Part shown: positions 18,086 to 31,772 of the stretch, in pieces
Numbering within the stretch: position 1 is the stretch's first letter
How the letters are laid out: each line of letters opens with the position of its first letter
Translations under genes and position numbers: made by a program
Assembly (NCBI GenBank): GCA_963700035.1
Contig: CAVOWE010000018.1
Coordinates: 32,731-96,730 of the forward strand
DNA from: an uncultured Thermoleophilia bacterium
Lineage (GTDB): Bacteria > Actinomycetota > Thermoleophilia > UBA2241
DNA length: 64,000 bases
Direction: 5' to 3'
The notes under the pieces: model-generated
The model's input: the letters and a program-made list of their open reading frames with translations, nothing else
Told to the model about the DNA's origin: nothing
Databases searched by the model: none

Positions 18086-18952
18086 ATGAACGACTCGACG
18101 CTCGGCCGGTTCTTCGGCGTCGTCGTTCGCCCGCGTACCTGGCTCAACGTGCTGTTCCAGTGGCTGGCGTTCCCCCTCGGGCTCTTCTACTTCATCTTCC
18201 TCGTCACGGGCCTGTCCGTGGGCCTCGGCCTGGTCATCGTCTGGGTGGGCATCCCGATCCTGCTCGTCGTGGCGGGCGCCTGGTGGCTGTTCGGCGCGTT
18301 CGAGCGGGTGCAGGCGAAGTACCTCCTTGGCGCCCACATACCCCCGGCGCCGCGCGCCTGGGAGACTGCGAACGGCGTGTGGGGCAAGCTCAAGGCCCAC
18401 TTCGGCAGCGCCGCCACCTGGAAAGACCTCCTGTACCTGCTCGCCAAGCTGGTCTTCGGGACCGTCGCCACGACGCTACTGATGACGTTGGCCGGGACGG
18501 TGTTCTGGTGCCTCGCGCTGCCGGTGGCGGCCATCTGGCGCCTCGACATCGTGACGACCTCCGCCGGCGGCTGGCACCCTCCGCTGTGGCTGGGTCTCCT
18601 CGGCATCCCCGCAGGCCTGTTGGTCTTCTTCGCCGGCCTGCATCTGCTCAACGGCTGGGGCTGGGTGTGTCGCCTCTGGGCGGAGCTGATGTTCGGCGCG
18701 ACGCCGCAGGCTCCCGCGCCGCCGGCGCCCGTGCCGCCGGCGACCGTCCCGGGCGCGCTCGCGCCGCTGGTGAGCGTGTCGGCGCCGGCCCCGCCGCCCG
18801 TTTACCCGCCGCCGCCCGCTCTCCCACAGACAGGCGTGCTGCCGGCGCCGCCGCGACCGCCGGTCGCGCCGACGAGCCCCGTACCGGCGGCCGCTCCTGA
18901 GGCGCCGACGGCTCCCGATGCGGCCGGCGCGCACGAACCCGGATCGAATTGA
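18086..18952 (+). CDS. Membrane 'putative sensor' domain protein with a Pro/Ala-rich tail
   Basis: GGAGG RBS. The multi-TM N-terminal 200 aa resemble the sensor-domain proteins found next to HisKA_3 kinases in Actinobacteria. The C-terminal ~90 aa are low-complexity P/A. Confidence 0.6.
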   Translation: MNDSTLGRFFGVVVRPRTWLNVLFQWLAFPLGLFYFIFLVTGLSVGLGLVIVWVGIPILLVVAGAWWLFGAFERVQAKYLLGAHIPPAPRAWETANGVWGKLKAHFGSAATWKDLLYLLAKLVFGTVATTLLMTLAGTVFWCLALPVAAIWRLDIVTTSAGGWHPPLWLGLLGIPAGLLVFFAGLHLLNGWGWVCRLWAELMFGATPQAPAPPAPVPPATVPGALAPLVSVSAPAPPPVYPPPPALPQTGVLPAPPRPPVAPTSPVPAAAPEAPTAPDAAGAHEPGSN

Positions 18953-18977
18953 CCCCCGTGGTCTTGGAGGTGGAGTG

Positions 18978-20353
18978 ATGACGACTCAACGAGTGACAAG
19001 GATCCTTCGGACCTCGGTCGCCCTGGTGGCACTCGCCCTGGCGCTGATCGTGCTCGGGCTTATGCTGACGGGCCCCGCGCGGGCCGCCACGCCGGCGCCG
19101 CTCGAGTCATTGAAGGGCGAGGTCCAGCAGGCCGCCCAGACTCAGGGACGCGATCGTCCAGTTCGGTGAGGACGTGTCGGTGCCCGCCGGTGAGCGCGTG
19201 GAGGGGGTCGTGGCCGGTGGCGGCGACGTCACCATCGACGGCACCGTGACGGGGAGCGTCGTGGCGTTCGGCGGCGACGTGCTGGTGCGCGGGACCGTCC
19301 AGAACAGCATCGTTGCGTTCGGCGGCGACGTGCGCCTTGCGCAGACGGCGGTCGTCGGCAGCACGATGTCGCCGCAGGACAAGTCCATCGTCCTCATCGG
19401 CGGCACGCTCACGCGCGCCCCCGGAGCTCAGGTCACCGGCGACGTCCAGCGCATCGACAACGCGAACTGGGGCGGGGTGCTGAGCTGGGCGACGCAGCAC
19501 ACCGTCATCCGCCCGTGGTGGGGCTTCACGCTGATGGGCTGGATCGTGCAGACGGCGTTCTTCCTGGTCCTTGCCCTCGTCGCCGCCGCGCTCATGCCGC
19601 GGCAGCTGCACGCCGTGCAGCGCAGCCTGCGGCTCAAGCCGGCCGGATCGCTCGGCTGGGGGGCGCTCATCTTCTTCATCGCGGGGCCGGCGCTGCTCGT
19701 CATCCTGGTGATCAGCATCGTCGGGCTTGCTGGTGGTGATCCCCTACATCCTTCTCGTCCTGCTCGCCTACTTCTTCGTGACCACGGCAGTGGCCGCGTT
19801 CGTCGCGCAGCGTGTCCTGGTGGGAAGCAAGCAGAGCGACAACCTGATGCTGGCCACCACGCTCGGCGTCATCGGCACGACGATCGTCTCGCGCATCCCG
19901 GTGCTGGGCCCGCTGGTGGTCGTCGCGATGATCGTGTTCGGCACCGGCGCCGCCACTCTCGCCATCGCCGAGTGGCGTCAGGGCCGCAGACTCGCCGCCA
20001 CCCCTGCGCCGCCCGGGACTCCGCTCGTGGCGGGCGCGGCGGGCGCGGCGGTGGCTCCGCCGTACCCGAGCGCGCCCGTGGCGCCGACCACGGCCGCACC
20101 CCCTGCTGTCGAGCCCGCCACGACGCTCGCGGCGCCGGCGCCCGCCGCCGAAGCGGCCACGGTCGTCATGCCTCCCGAGGAGCCGACCGTCGAGCAGCCG
20201 CCGGCCGACGCGCCGCCGGCGGACGTACCGGCTGTGGATGAGCCGGCTGCGGAAGAGCCCGCTGCTCCTGCGGAGCCGGCTGACGAGGTGCCGGCCTCCG
20301 AGGTGCCGGACGCCGTCGAGCCCACCGCGGATGAGCCGCCGGCCGAGAAGTGA
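18978..20353 (+). pseudogene. Bactofilin-like (polymer-forming cytoskeletal repeat) membrane protein with a Pro/Ala-rich tail and two frame changes
   Basis: GGAGG RBS and a signal/TM segment. Repeat region: GGGDVTIDGTVTGSVVAFGGDVLVRGTVQNSIVAFGGDVRL. TM segments follow, then a P/A/E-rich tail. Frame switches lie near 19146 and 19726. Confidence 0.65.
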
Positions 20354-20438
20354 GCGCGTGAGCCTCCTCGCGCTCCCGCAGGAGGTCGAGGACTGAGGTT
20401 GCCACTCGCGCTTTGCGTGGCATACAGAAAGCAACAGA

Positions 20439-20472
20439 GTGGCGGGCCGCGCCGGGAGGCGCGGCCCGCCAC
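20439..20472 (+). terminator. Perfect 15-bp GC hairpin
   Basis: GTGGCGGGCCGCGCC, loop GGGA, GGCGCGGCCCGCCAC. Confidence 0.5.
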
Positions 20473-20511
20473 GGGTCGTCACCGACGGCGGGCCGACATC
20501 AAGGGGGAAGC

Positions 20512-21327
20512 GTGAGCGACATGACCGAGACCACACCGCAGGCCGGCTCCGCCGCGGCGCCGACGACCTGTGAAGCCGGTACCACGATCGGCCTGGACGA
20601 CGCCGTCGTGCAGGCGCGCGGCGTCACCCGGCTGTACGGTCAGGGCGACGCGTGTGTCCACGCCCTGGCGGGTGTCGATATCGACCTGCAGCGCGGCGCG
20701 TACACGGCGATCATGGGCCCCTCGGGCTCCGGCAAGTCGACCCTCATGCACATCCTGGCCGGCCTCGACCGGCCGAGCGCGGGCAACGTCTGGGTCGACG
20801 GCATCGAGATCACGACGCTCAGGGAGCGCGCTCTCACGCAGCTGCGGCGCGACAAGGTCGGCTTCATCTTCCAGACGTTCAACCTGCTGGCCACGCTGAC
20901 CGCGGCCGAGAACATCGTCCTGCCGCTCACCATCGCCGGGCGCAAGGGCGACGAGGCCTGGGTAGATGAGCTCGTCGCGACCGTCGGCCTCGGCGACCGC
21001 CTCAAGCACAAGCCCGCCGAGCTCTCGGGCGGGCAGCAGCAGCGCGTGGCCGTGGCCCGCGCGCTCGCCTCGCGGCCCGCGGTGCTCTTCGCCGACGAAC
21101 CGACCGGCAACCTCGACTCGCACACCGGTGAGGAGGTGCTTCAACTCCTGCGCCACTCCTCCGACAACCTCGGCCAGACCATCGTCATGGTCACCCACGA
21201 CGCGCACGCCGCCACCTACGCGGACCGCATCGTCTTTCTCAAGGACGGCGTCATCGCCCACGACTGCGGCCGTCTCGGTCGCGACGAGATCTACGACGTC
21301 ATCAAGTCGCTGGAGGACGTGGGATGA
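20512..21327 (+). CDS. ABC transporter ATP-binding protein (MacB/LolD/FtsE-like)
   Basis: Walker [10 protein letters not shown], signature [15 protein letters not shown], Walker [12 protein letters not shown]. Start is a GTG at 20512 (or the ATG at 20521) after AAGGGGGAAG. Confidence 0.9.
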   Translation: MSDMTETTPQAGSAAAPTTCEAGTTIGLDDAVVQARGVTRLYGQGDACVHALAGVDIDLQRGAYTAIMGPSGSGKSTLMHILAGLDRPSAGNVWVDGIEITTLRERALTQLRRDKVGFIFQTFNLLATLTAAENIVLPLTIAGRKGDEAWVDELVATVGLGDRLKHKPAELSGGQQQRVAVARALASRPAVLFADEPTGNLDSHTGEEVLQLLRHSSDNLGQTIVMVTHDAHAATYADRIVFLKDGVIAHDCGRLGRDEIYDVIKSLEDVG

Positions 21328-23871
21328 TCCGCATCGCCTGGCGGAGCCTGACGGCGCACAAGCTGCGCACGATCCTCACGACCCTGGCGATCCTCCTCGG
21401 GGTGGCCATGATCAGCGGCACCTACGTGCTCACCGACCAGATCGACCGCGGCTTCACGGAGATCTTCAGCGACGCCTACAAGGGCACGGACGTCACGATC
21501 CAGAGGAAAGCCGAGTTCTCGGGGCAGCTGACCGGCGCCACGGAGGGGCTGCCCGAGTCCATGGTGGATCAGGTGAGATCCGTCGACGGCGTCTCGGCCG
21601 TGTTCGGCTACGTCGCCGGCATGGGGGCCGTCGCGGTCGACGGCAAGGTCGTGGAGACCAGAGGCTCGCCGACCCTGTTCTTCTCGTACTCGCCCAACGA
21701 CATCGCGCCACCGCAATACATCCGCGGAGCCCCCCCGGCGAAGAGCGGCGAGGTGGCCGTCATCGAGAAGCTGGCCACCGACCAGAAGCTCGCCGTCGGA
21801 GCGCCGCTCACGGTCATCACCGAGAACGGTCCGCACGAGGCGCGCGTCTCGGGCGTCTTCCGTTTCTCGGCGCAGTCGTCTCTGGGCGGCTCGCTGCTCA
21901 TCCACACGACGCTGGCGGACGCGCAGGACTGGTTCGGCATGGCCGGCCGCGTCAGCGAGATCGACGTGAAGGCCGAGCCCGGCGTCTCGGCCGACACCCT
22001 CGCCACGCGGATCCGCGCCGAGCTGCCGCCCGACACGGAGGTCAAGACGGGCGCCCAGGCCGCGGCCGACCAGACCAAGTCGGTCAGCGACTCGATCGGC
22101 GCCTTTCTTAACCCGGTACTGCTCAGCTTCGGCGGCATCGCCGTGCTCGTCGGCGCCTTCATCATCTTCAACGCCTTCTCGATGACCGTGGCCCAGCGCC
22201 GGCGAGAGCTGGCCATGCTGCGCGCCCTGGGCGCGACCCGCCGGCAGGTGCTGACGAGCCTTGGCGGGCGAGGCGCTGGTCATGGGCGTGCTCGCCTCGC
22301 TCATCGGGCTGTTCGTGGGCCTCGGCGTCGCCGCCGGCGTCAACCAGGTCTTCAAGGCCGCCGGCTTCGACATCCCGCGCAGCGGCCTGGTGCTGCTGCC
22401 GCGGACCATCATCATCGCCCTGGCGGTGGGCATCGTCGTCACCTTGCTGTCGGCGCTGGTCCCGGCGCTGCGCGCCACGCGCGTGCCGCCCATGGCGGCG
22501 CTACAGGAGGGCGCGGAGCTGCCGCCGTCCCGCTTCGCGCGGTTCGCGCCCATCATGGGCGGCGTGGTCGCCGTGGTGGGCGCGCTGCTCATCGTCGCCG
22601 GCATGTACGGCCCCGGCAGCACCATGATCCGCCTGGCGACGATCGCCTTCGGCGCCATCCTCGTGTTCGTCGCCGTGGCCATGCTGAGCCGGTTCATCGT
22701 ACGGCCGCTCGTCGGCGTGCTCGGCTGGCCGCTGCAGAGGCTGGCTCCGGTCAGCGGCCGCCTGGCCCGCGACAACAGCCGCCGCAACCCCGGCCGCACC
22801 GCCCTCACGGCGGCCGCTCTGATGATCGGGCTTGCCGTGGTCGTGTTCGTCGCCGTGCTCGCCCAGGGCCTGAAGAGCTCGTTCATCGACAGCTTCGACA
22901 AGACGGTGCGCGCCGACTACATCGTCAGCGCCAAGAACTTCATGACGCTCCCGTCGGACACGGCCCTGCAGGTCGCGAAGGTCCCCTCGGTCGAGACGGC
23001 CGTCTCGCTGGATGCGCAGCAGGTGCAGGCCAAGGGCGGCAGCCTGCCGGTGGTCTGGGGCATCGATCCGTTCGCCATCGAGCGGGTCTGGAGCTTCGAC
23101 TGGCTCGAGGGCAGCGACGCCGTGCTTCCCCAGCTCGGGACGAGCGGCGCGATCGTGGAGGAACAGACGGCGTCGAGTCTGGGCGTGGGCATGGGTGACA
23201 CGATCGCCGTCACGACAGTCGAGGGCACGAAGGCGACGCTCAAGGTGGCGGGCATCTACCGCGACCCGATGATGTTGAACGGCATCACGGTGAGCACCAC
23301 CGGCTATGACGCCCTCTTCCCGAAGTCGCAGGCCTTCATGGTGGTCGCCAAGGCGACCCCCGGCAGCGACATCGACCAGACGCAGAAGGCCATCGAGGCG
23401 GCCCTGGCCGACACGCCGACCGCCCAGGTGCAGACCGCGGCCGAATACAAGAAGACCACGGTCGGCCTGGTGAACCAGATCCTGACCCTGGTCTACGGGC
23501 TGCTGGCGTTGAGCGTGATCATCTCGCTCTTCGGCATCGTCAATACGCTCGTGCTGGCGGTGTTCGAGCGCACCCGTGAGATCGGGCTCTCGCGCGCCAT
23601 CGGCATGTCACGCCGCCAGGTGCGGGCGACGGTACGGTACGAGAGCGTCATCACGTCGATCATCGGCGCCGCCCTGGGCATCGTCGTGGGCATCGTGTTC
23701 GCCTGGGTGGTGGTGACGAAGTTCGCCGGCCAGGGGATCACCTTCTCGATTCCCGGCGGCCAGCTCGTCGTCTTCGTGATCCTGGCCGTGTTGGTGGGCG
23801 TGATCGCCGCCATCCTGCCGGCGCGGCGGGCGGCGCGGATCGACATCCTCGAGGCGATACACTACGAGTGA
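21324..23871 (+). pseudogene. FtsX/MacB-type ABC permease (two FtsX domains) with one frame change
   Basis: ATGA overlap with the ATPase gene. The N-terminal half is in frame 0 up to ...RRQVLTS, and the rest (LAGEALVMGV...) is in frame 1 from about 22260. The C-terminus ...RAARIDILEAIHYE is typical. Confidence 0.85.
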
Positions 23872-23922
23872 CAACCTAGGGGTGGGCGGCGCGCCGCCCT
23901 CCCCTGAACGACGGAGAGACTC

Positions 23923-24588
23923 ATGCCCGAGAGCGACAGCGCCTACGGCGTCGACGAGGCCCTGGAAGGCGAGATCGTGGAGGAGGGCGGCGAGGAGGCG
24001 GCCGCTGGAGGCGCCGCCAGCGGCGCCCGGCCCGACTTCGCCGTCGGCGGCGCCCGGCCCGGCGCCGCCGGCATGACCTTCACCGTGCCGGTCGACACGA
24101 CGGTCATCAAGCAGCACCGCGACAACGCCGCCGTGACGTTCGGCGCCGTGCTCGTGGTGGTCGGCGCGGTGCTGCTCGGGGCACGCTTCAACGACGTGGT
24201 CGCCGCCGGCGGCCCCGCCCTGTGGATCGGCCTCGGCTTCCTCACCTGGTGGGCCTTCAGCGGGAACTACGGCCTGCTGGTGCCCGCCGGCGTGCTCACT
24301 GGCCTTGGCGTGGGACTGATGCTCTCAGACGTCGAGCTCTCGGGGAATCCCGTGGCACTCGGCTTGGGCGTCGGCTTCCTCGCGATCTACGCGCTCGACG
24401 CCCTGCGGCGACGGCGCAGCTCCAGCTGGTGGCCGCTCGTGCCGGGCGCCGTGCTGGTGATCGTGGGACTGCTGCAGAACACGTCGGGGTGGGATTCGCT
24501 GGGCGAGCTGGGCTGGCCGCTGTTCCTCATCGTCATCGGTATCGTCATCATCGGCGGCGCGCTCTCGCGCCGCGCGCCGCGATCGTAG
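23923..24588 (+). CDS. Hypothetical polytopic membrane protein (LiaF-N/DUF-like)
   Basis: 221-aa ORF with an acidic N-terminus followed by 5-6 hydrophobic segments. The stop codon is TAG. Confidence 0.55.
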   Translation: MPESDSAYGVDEALEGEIVEEGGEEAAAGGAASGARPDFAVGGARPGAAGMTFTVPVDTTVIKQHRDNAAVTFGAVLVVVGAVLLGARFNDVVAAGGPALWIGLGFLTWWAFSGNYGLLVPAGVLTGLGVGLMLSDVELSGNPVALGLGVGFLAIYALDALRRRRSSSWWPLVPGAVLVIVGLLQNTSGWDSLGELGWPLFLIVIGIVIIGGALSRRAPRS

Positions 24589-24597
24589 GCGACGGCC

Positions 24598-27273
<2,676 letters not shown>

Positions 27274-27302
27274 CGCTGCGTGACGGCCGGGGAGGACAGC
27301 GC

Positions 27303-28437
27303 GTGAGCCCATCGACTCCGTCGTTCGAGCAAGGTCCCATCCGCCCGCCGAGCGAGGCGCACAGCCTCCTGGTGCGGGTGATCCGCAACTGCACCTGGAA
27401 CCGCTGCACCTTCTGCCCGGTGTACAAGGGCAGCGGGTCGTCGCTCAGGCCGCTGGAGGACGTGCTCGGCGACGTGGACGCGATGGCCGCCGCCGCCGAG
27501 GTGCTGGAAGAACGAGGGGTGGGGGCCATCCACGGCGGGCTGGTGCCGCAGGAGGCCTACCAGGTCGCGCTGTTCCTGCGAGGGGGAGGCCGCACGGTCT
27601 TCCTGCAGGACGCGGACCCCTGCGCCGTGAAGCCCGAGAAGCTGGCGGCCGTGATCGGTCGCGTGCGGGAGCGGTTCCCGGCCGTCGAGCGCGTGACGAC
27701 GTACGGACGAGCGGCGACGCTTGCGCGACGCACTCCGGAGCAGCTTGCGCTGCTCGGAGGCGCGGGCTTGACCCGGGTGCACCTGGGCCTCGAGTCGGGC
27801 GCCGACGAGGTCCTCATGGCGATCGACAAAGGCTGCACCAGCGGTGACCTGATCGCCGCCGGCGAGAACGTGGTGCGCGCCGGCCTGGAGCTGTGCTTCT
27901 ACCTGATGCCGGGGCTCGGCGGGCGCGAGGCGGCCGCCGCGCACGTCGCGGGCTCAGCCCGCGTGATCCGCGCGGTGGCCGCGGCCGCGCCCGCGGAGCG
28001 CCCGCTCGTGGTGCGCCTGCGCACGGCCGCGGTGGTGCCCGGCACGCCGCTGGCGGAGCGCGAGGCGGCGGGCGAGTTCGTGCTGCCCGACGACGTGGAG
28101 GTCGCGCAGGAGCTGCGCGACCTCCTCGGAGCAGCTCGGCGACGCCCGCCTCGAGCTGCGCTCCGACCACGCGCTCAACCTGTTGCCGGGCCTCGAGGGC
28201 TCTCTGCCGGCCGATCGCGAGCGGCTCGCCGGCATGCTCGACGAGTTCCTTGCGCTCTCGCGCGACGAGCAGGCGCGCTACGCCGTCGGCGCGCGCCTGG
28301 GCATCTACCGGGCCCTGAGCGACAGGCTCGACGCACAGCGCAGGGCGATGCTGGACCAGCAGTTCGGCGGGTACGGCCAGCCGACCGCCGACGAGCTTCT
28401 CCAGGCGGCCACGGCGCTGCGGGCACGCTTCATCTAG
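27303..28437 (+). pseudogene. Radical SAM domain protein with one frame change
   Basis: GGGGAGGA RBS and a GTG start at 27303. Cys cluster NCTWNRCTFC (C-x4-C-x2-C). The frame switches near 28130 (ELRDLLG / QLGDARLELRSDHALNLLPGLEG). Confidence 0.7.
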
Positions 28438-28456
28438 CCCGGCCCGCCTCTGGCGC

Positions 28457-29089
28457 TCAGCCGTCGACGGACGGCCCGGGGCCGAGGTCGCCGGTCAGAT
28501 ACCGCTGCACGGTCGGTCCGATCGCCGCCACCAGCTGCTCGACCGGCGCCGAGGCGATCGGCTCGATGCGCGTGATGTAGCGCATCATCGACAGGCCGAT
28601 GAACTGCGAGCCCACGAGATTGGCGCGCAGCTCCGCGTCGGGGACGCCGAGGGCCAGGGTGATCGGGCCGAAGACGCGGCGCCCGAGGTACTCACGCACC
28701 ATCCCGAGGGCGACCTCGTTGGTCATCGCCGAGCGCACCATGGCGATGAGGCGCTGGCGGTTGTCCGGCGGTTCCCAGGCCTCGAGGAAGGTGCGCGCAA
28801 TGGTCGTGCCGAGCTGGTCGGGATGGGCCGCCGCGGCGCGCTCGAGCACCACGCCCGGCTCGACCGGGATCTCGAGCGCGGCCCCGAACAGCTCGTCCTT
28901 GGAGCCGAAGTAGTGGAGGACCAGGGCGGGGTCGACGCCGGCGGCCGCGGCGATGCCGCGGATGGTGGCGCGATCGAAGCCGAGCTCGGCGAAGGCGTCG
29001 CGCGCCGCCGCCAGGATCGCCTCGCGCGTGTCGCTCTCGCCGGGGCGACGGCCGCCGGGGCGGCGACCACTGCGAGCGCCGCCGCTCAT
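28457..29089 (-). CDS. TetR-family transcriptional regulator
   Basis: HTH region REAILAAARDAFAELGFDRATIRGIAAAAGVDPALVLHYFGSKDELF. The start was chosen at MSGGARSGRRPGG (29089). The same frame stays open upstream into the MFS C-terminus. Confidence 0.8.
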   Translation of the reverse strand: MSGGARSGRRPGGRRPGESDTREAILAAARDAFAELGFDRATIRGIAAAAGVDPALVLHYFGSKDELFGAALEIPVEPGVVLERAAAAHPDQLGTTIARTFLEAWEPPDNRQRLIAMVRSAMTNEVALGMVREYLGRRVFGPITLALGVPDAELRANLVGSQFIGLSMMRYITRIEPIASAPVEQLVAAIGPTVQRYLTGDLGPGPSVDG

Positions 29090-29164
29090 TTGCCCGATCA
29101 GCGGCGCGCCGGCCTCGGCCGCCTCGGCTTCGCCGGCGGCCTTCAGCCGCTCCTCGCGCGACAT

Positions 29165-30823
29165 CTCGTGATGCCCTTCGTGCTCGCCCAGGCGCCGCCC
29201 GGTGAAGAGGGCGGGGATGATGGCCAGCAGCGCCGCCAGCGCGGCCGCGTAGAACGGCCAGCTGAACGACCGCGCGATGTCGTGCTTGTAGATCGCCGCG
29301 GCGCCCGCGTTCACCTTGCGCCACGTCAGCGCCTGCGGCGTCCCGGCCGGGGGCCGGGGGGCGCCCTTCAGCGGCTACGGTGGTGAGCACGGCCGCGCCG
29401 CCGCCACTGCTCGCCGCCGCCTTGGCGTTCTTGATGATGGCTGCCGGAGTACATGCCCTTCTCGGCCGGGCTGAGCTGCTGCTGCGCGGCGACGAAGCCC
29501 ACGGCCTGCCTGGTCGCCTGCTGGGCGTTCTGCGCCACCGTGTGCGTGAAGATCGCCACCAGCAGGGCGACGCCGATCGTGAAGCCCACCTGGCGCATGG
29601 TGTTGAGCGAGCCCGAGCCGACGCCGCGGACCTCGGGCGGCAAGCGAGGCCATGGAGGCCGCCGAAAGGGTCGGCATCGCAAGGCCCATGCCGAGGCCCA
29701 TGAAGGCGGCCCGCCACATCACGTCCCACAGCGTGGTGTCGCCGCCGAGCTGCGCCAGCAGGATGAGGCCGACGGCGAAGCTCGCCGCCCCGGCCGCGGC
29801 CGGAAGCCGCGGCCCGATGCGGTCGTTCAGGCGTCCGGCGTTGGGGGCGACGAGCAGGGCGATCACCGGCATGATCGTCAACGCCGTCGCGGCGCGCAGC
29901 TCGGTGTATCCCAGCACCGAGACCAGGAAGATGACGACCATGAGGAAGGTGCCGCCCATCGCCATGCCGATGAACATGATCGAGGAGTTGGCGGCCGTGA
30001 ACGAGCGGATCCGCAGCAGCTTCACCGGGAACATCGGCGAGGAAGTGCGCAGCTCCCACCACATGAACAGCGGGAAGGTGATGGCGGCGGCCACGAGCAG
30101 GCCGACGATGGCCGGCGAGGTCCAGCCCCAGGAGTTGCCTTGCACGAGGCCCAGGGTGAGCATGAAGAGCCCAAGGCCCGAGATGACGATGCCGGGGATG
30201 TCGAGACCACCCTGGGACTGCGACTTCCCGACCCGCGCGGGGAGGACGATGCCGCAGACGACCAGGGCGAAGATCCCGACCGGGATGTTGACGAAGAAGA
30301 TCCACGACCAGTGACCGTAGGTCACGAGCACGCCGCCGAGCACCGGCCCGACGGCCGCCGCCGCCGTGCCGAGCGCCCCCCAGAGGCCCACCGCCATGCC
30401 CTGCTGGCGACGCGGGAAGGCGCCCAGCACGATCGGCAGCGAGATGGTGAGCAGCGCGGCGCCGCCGATGCCCTGGAGGGCGCGGAAGGCGATCAGCCAG
30501 TCGATCGTGGGAGCGAAGCCGCAGAGCATCGAGGCCAGCGTGAAGGTCACGAGGCCGAACATGAAGACGCGCTTCAGGCCGTAGCGGTCGGCGATGCGCC
30601 CCATGGAGAGGAAGCAGACGGCCAGCACCAGGCTGTAGGCGTTGATCACCCACGAGGCGTGCGTCACCGTGGTGTGGAGGTCGGTGATGATCGCCGGCAT
30701 CGCGATGTTGACGATGGTCACGTCGAGCAGCCCCATGAACATGCCGATCGAGACGGCGCCGAGGATCCACCACTTGCGCGGGTGGCCCTGGTCGAGGGTC
30801 GGGTCAGGTGACGGGTCGATCAC
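29165..30823 (-). pseudogene. MFS drug:H+ antiporter (EmrB/QacA-like, 14-TMS type) with at least three frame changes; the 3' end is undefined
   Basis: GTG at 30823, then RKWWILGAVSIGMFMGLLDVTIVNIAMP, RIADRYGLKRVF and LQGIGGAAL. The C-terminal third can be followed through frame switches near 29644, 29443 and 29350. There is no stop before the TetR coding sequence in the final frame. Confidence 0.75.
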
Positions 30824-31743
30824 TGTGCGGTCCTTTCGACGGCGGGATCCTGCGGAGCCGGTTCCCCCTGGATTCTCGCTCGCACGGGCGAGCGCCACGA
30901 AGGTCTCTTCGAAGGTCGCGGGGACCACGCTGAGCGCGGCGGCGACGCCGCCCGCGTCGAGCGCCGCCTGGACGCGGGCGGCGTCGCCGCCCGGCACGCG
31001 CAGCGTGTGGCCGACGAGGGCCGCCGGGAGGCCGCTTCTGTCGAGTGCCGTGAAGGCGGCCTCCCAGCGAGGCGCCTCGACGGCCACGGCCTTGCGTCCG
31101 CCGACGATGTCGGCCAGGGTGCCCTGCGCGACGACGCTGCCGGCGGCCATCACGACCAGGCGGTCGCAGAAGCCCGCCTCGTCGAGGTGATGGGTGGTGA
31201 CGAGCACGCCGGCGCCGTCCCGGGCCGCCTCGTGGACCGACTCCCAGAGCCGGGCTCGAGCCGTGGGGTCGACGCCCGAGGTGGGCTCGTCGAGGACGAG
31301 CAGCTCGGGCGCGTGCGCGAGGGCCGCGGCGAACGCGAGCCGGCGGCGCAGCCCGAGCGGCAGGTCGCGCACCGGCGAGTCGCGCAGCGCCTCGAGGTCC
31401 GGCTCCAGATCGGGCACGACGCTGCCGAACGCCTGCGCCGAGAAGGCCAGGTTCTCCTCCACGCTGAGGTCCTCCCAGAGGCCGAGGCCTTGTGGAACGT
31501 AGCCGAGGCGTAGCCGGCCGGCGCGCGAGGGCGCGCGGCCGAAGAGCCGGACCGCGCCCGACGTGGGGTGCAGCAGACCGAGCAGCAGCCGGATGAGGGT
31601 CGTCTTGCCGGCGCCGTTGGCGCCGAGCAGGCCGACGACCTCGCCGGCGCGCACCTCGAGGTCGACGCCGGCGACGGCGGTGACCCGGCCAAAGCGGCAC
31701 ACGACCGCGTGGGCTGAGGCCTGGGGGGGAGGGGGCGCGCCAT
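30820..31743 (-). pseudogene. ABC transporter ATP-binding protein (second NBD); both ends uncertain
   Basis: Walker A GANGAGKTT, LPLGLRRRLAFA, Walker B LVLDEPTSGVD. The main frame runs into the MFS gene without a stop. An alternative frame ends at a TGA at 30820 that overlaps the MFS GTG. The candidate ATG at 31743 lies in another frame, next to a C-run. Confidence 0.7.
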
Positions 31744-31772
31744 CCGACAGGCCGCGCGAGTCCGGGCCGGCT

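Noticed and set aside
18690-20350. Pro/Ala-rich repetitive stretches as DNA-level tandem repeats or a mobile repeat family.
   Set aside because: They are low-complexity coding tails of two membrane proteins (PAPPAP... and PAxEPA... runs). They lack a fixed nucleotide repeat unit.
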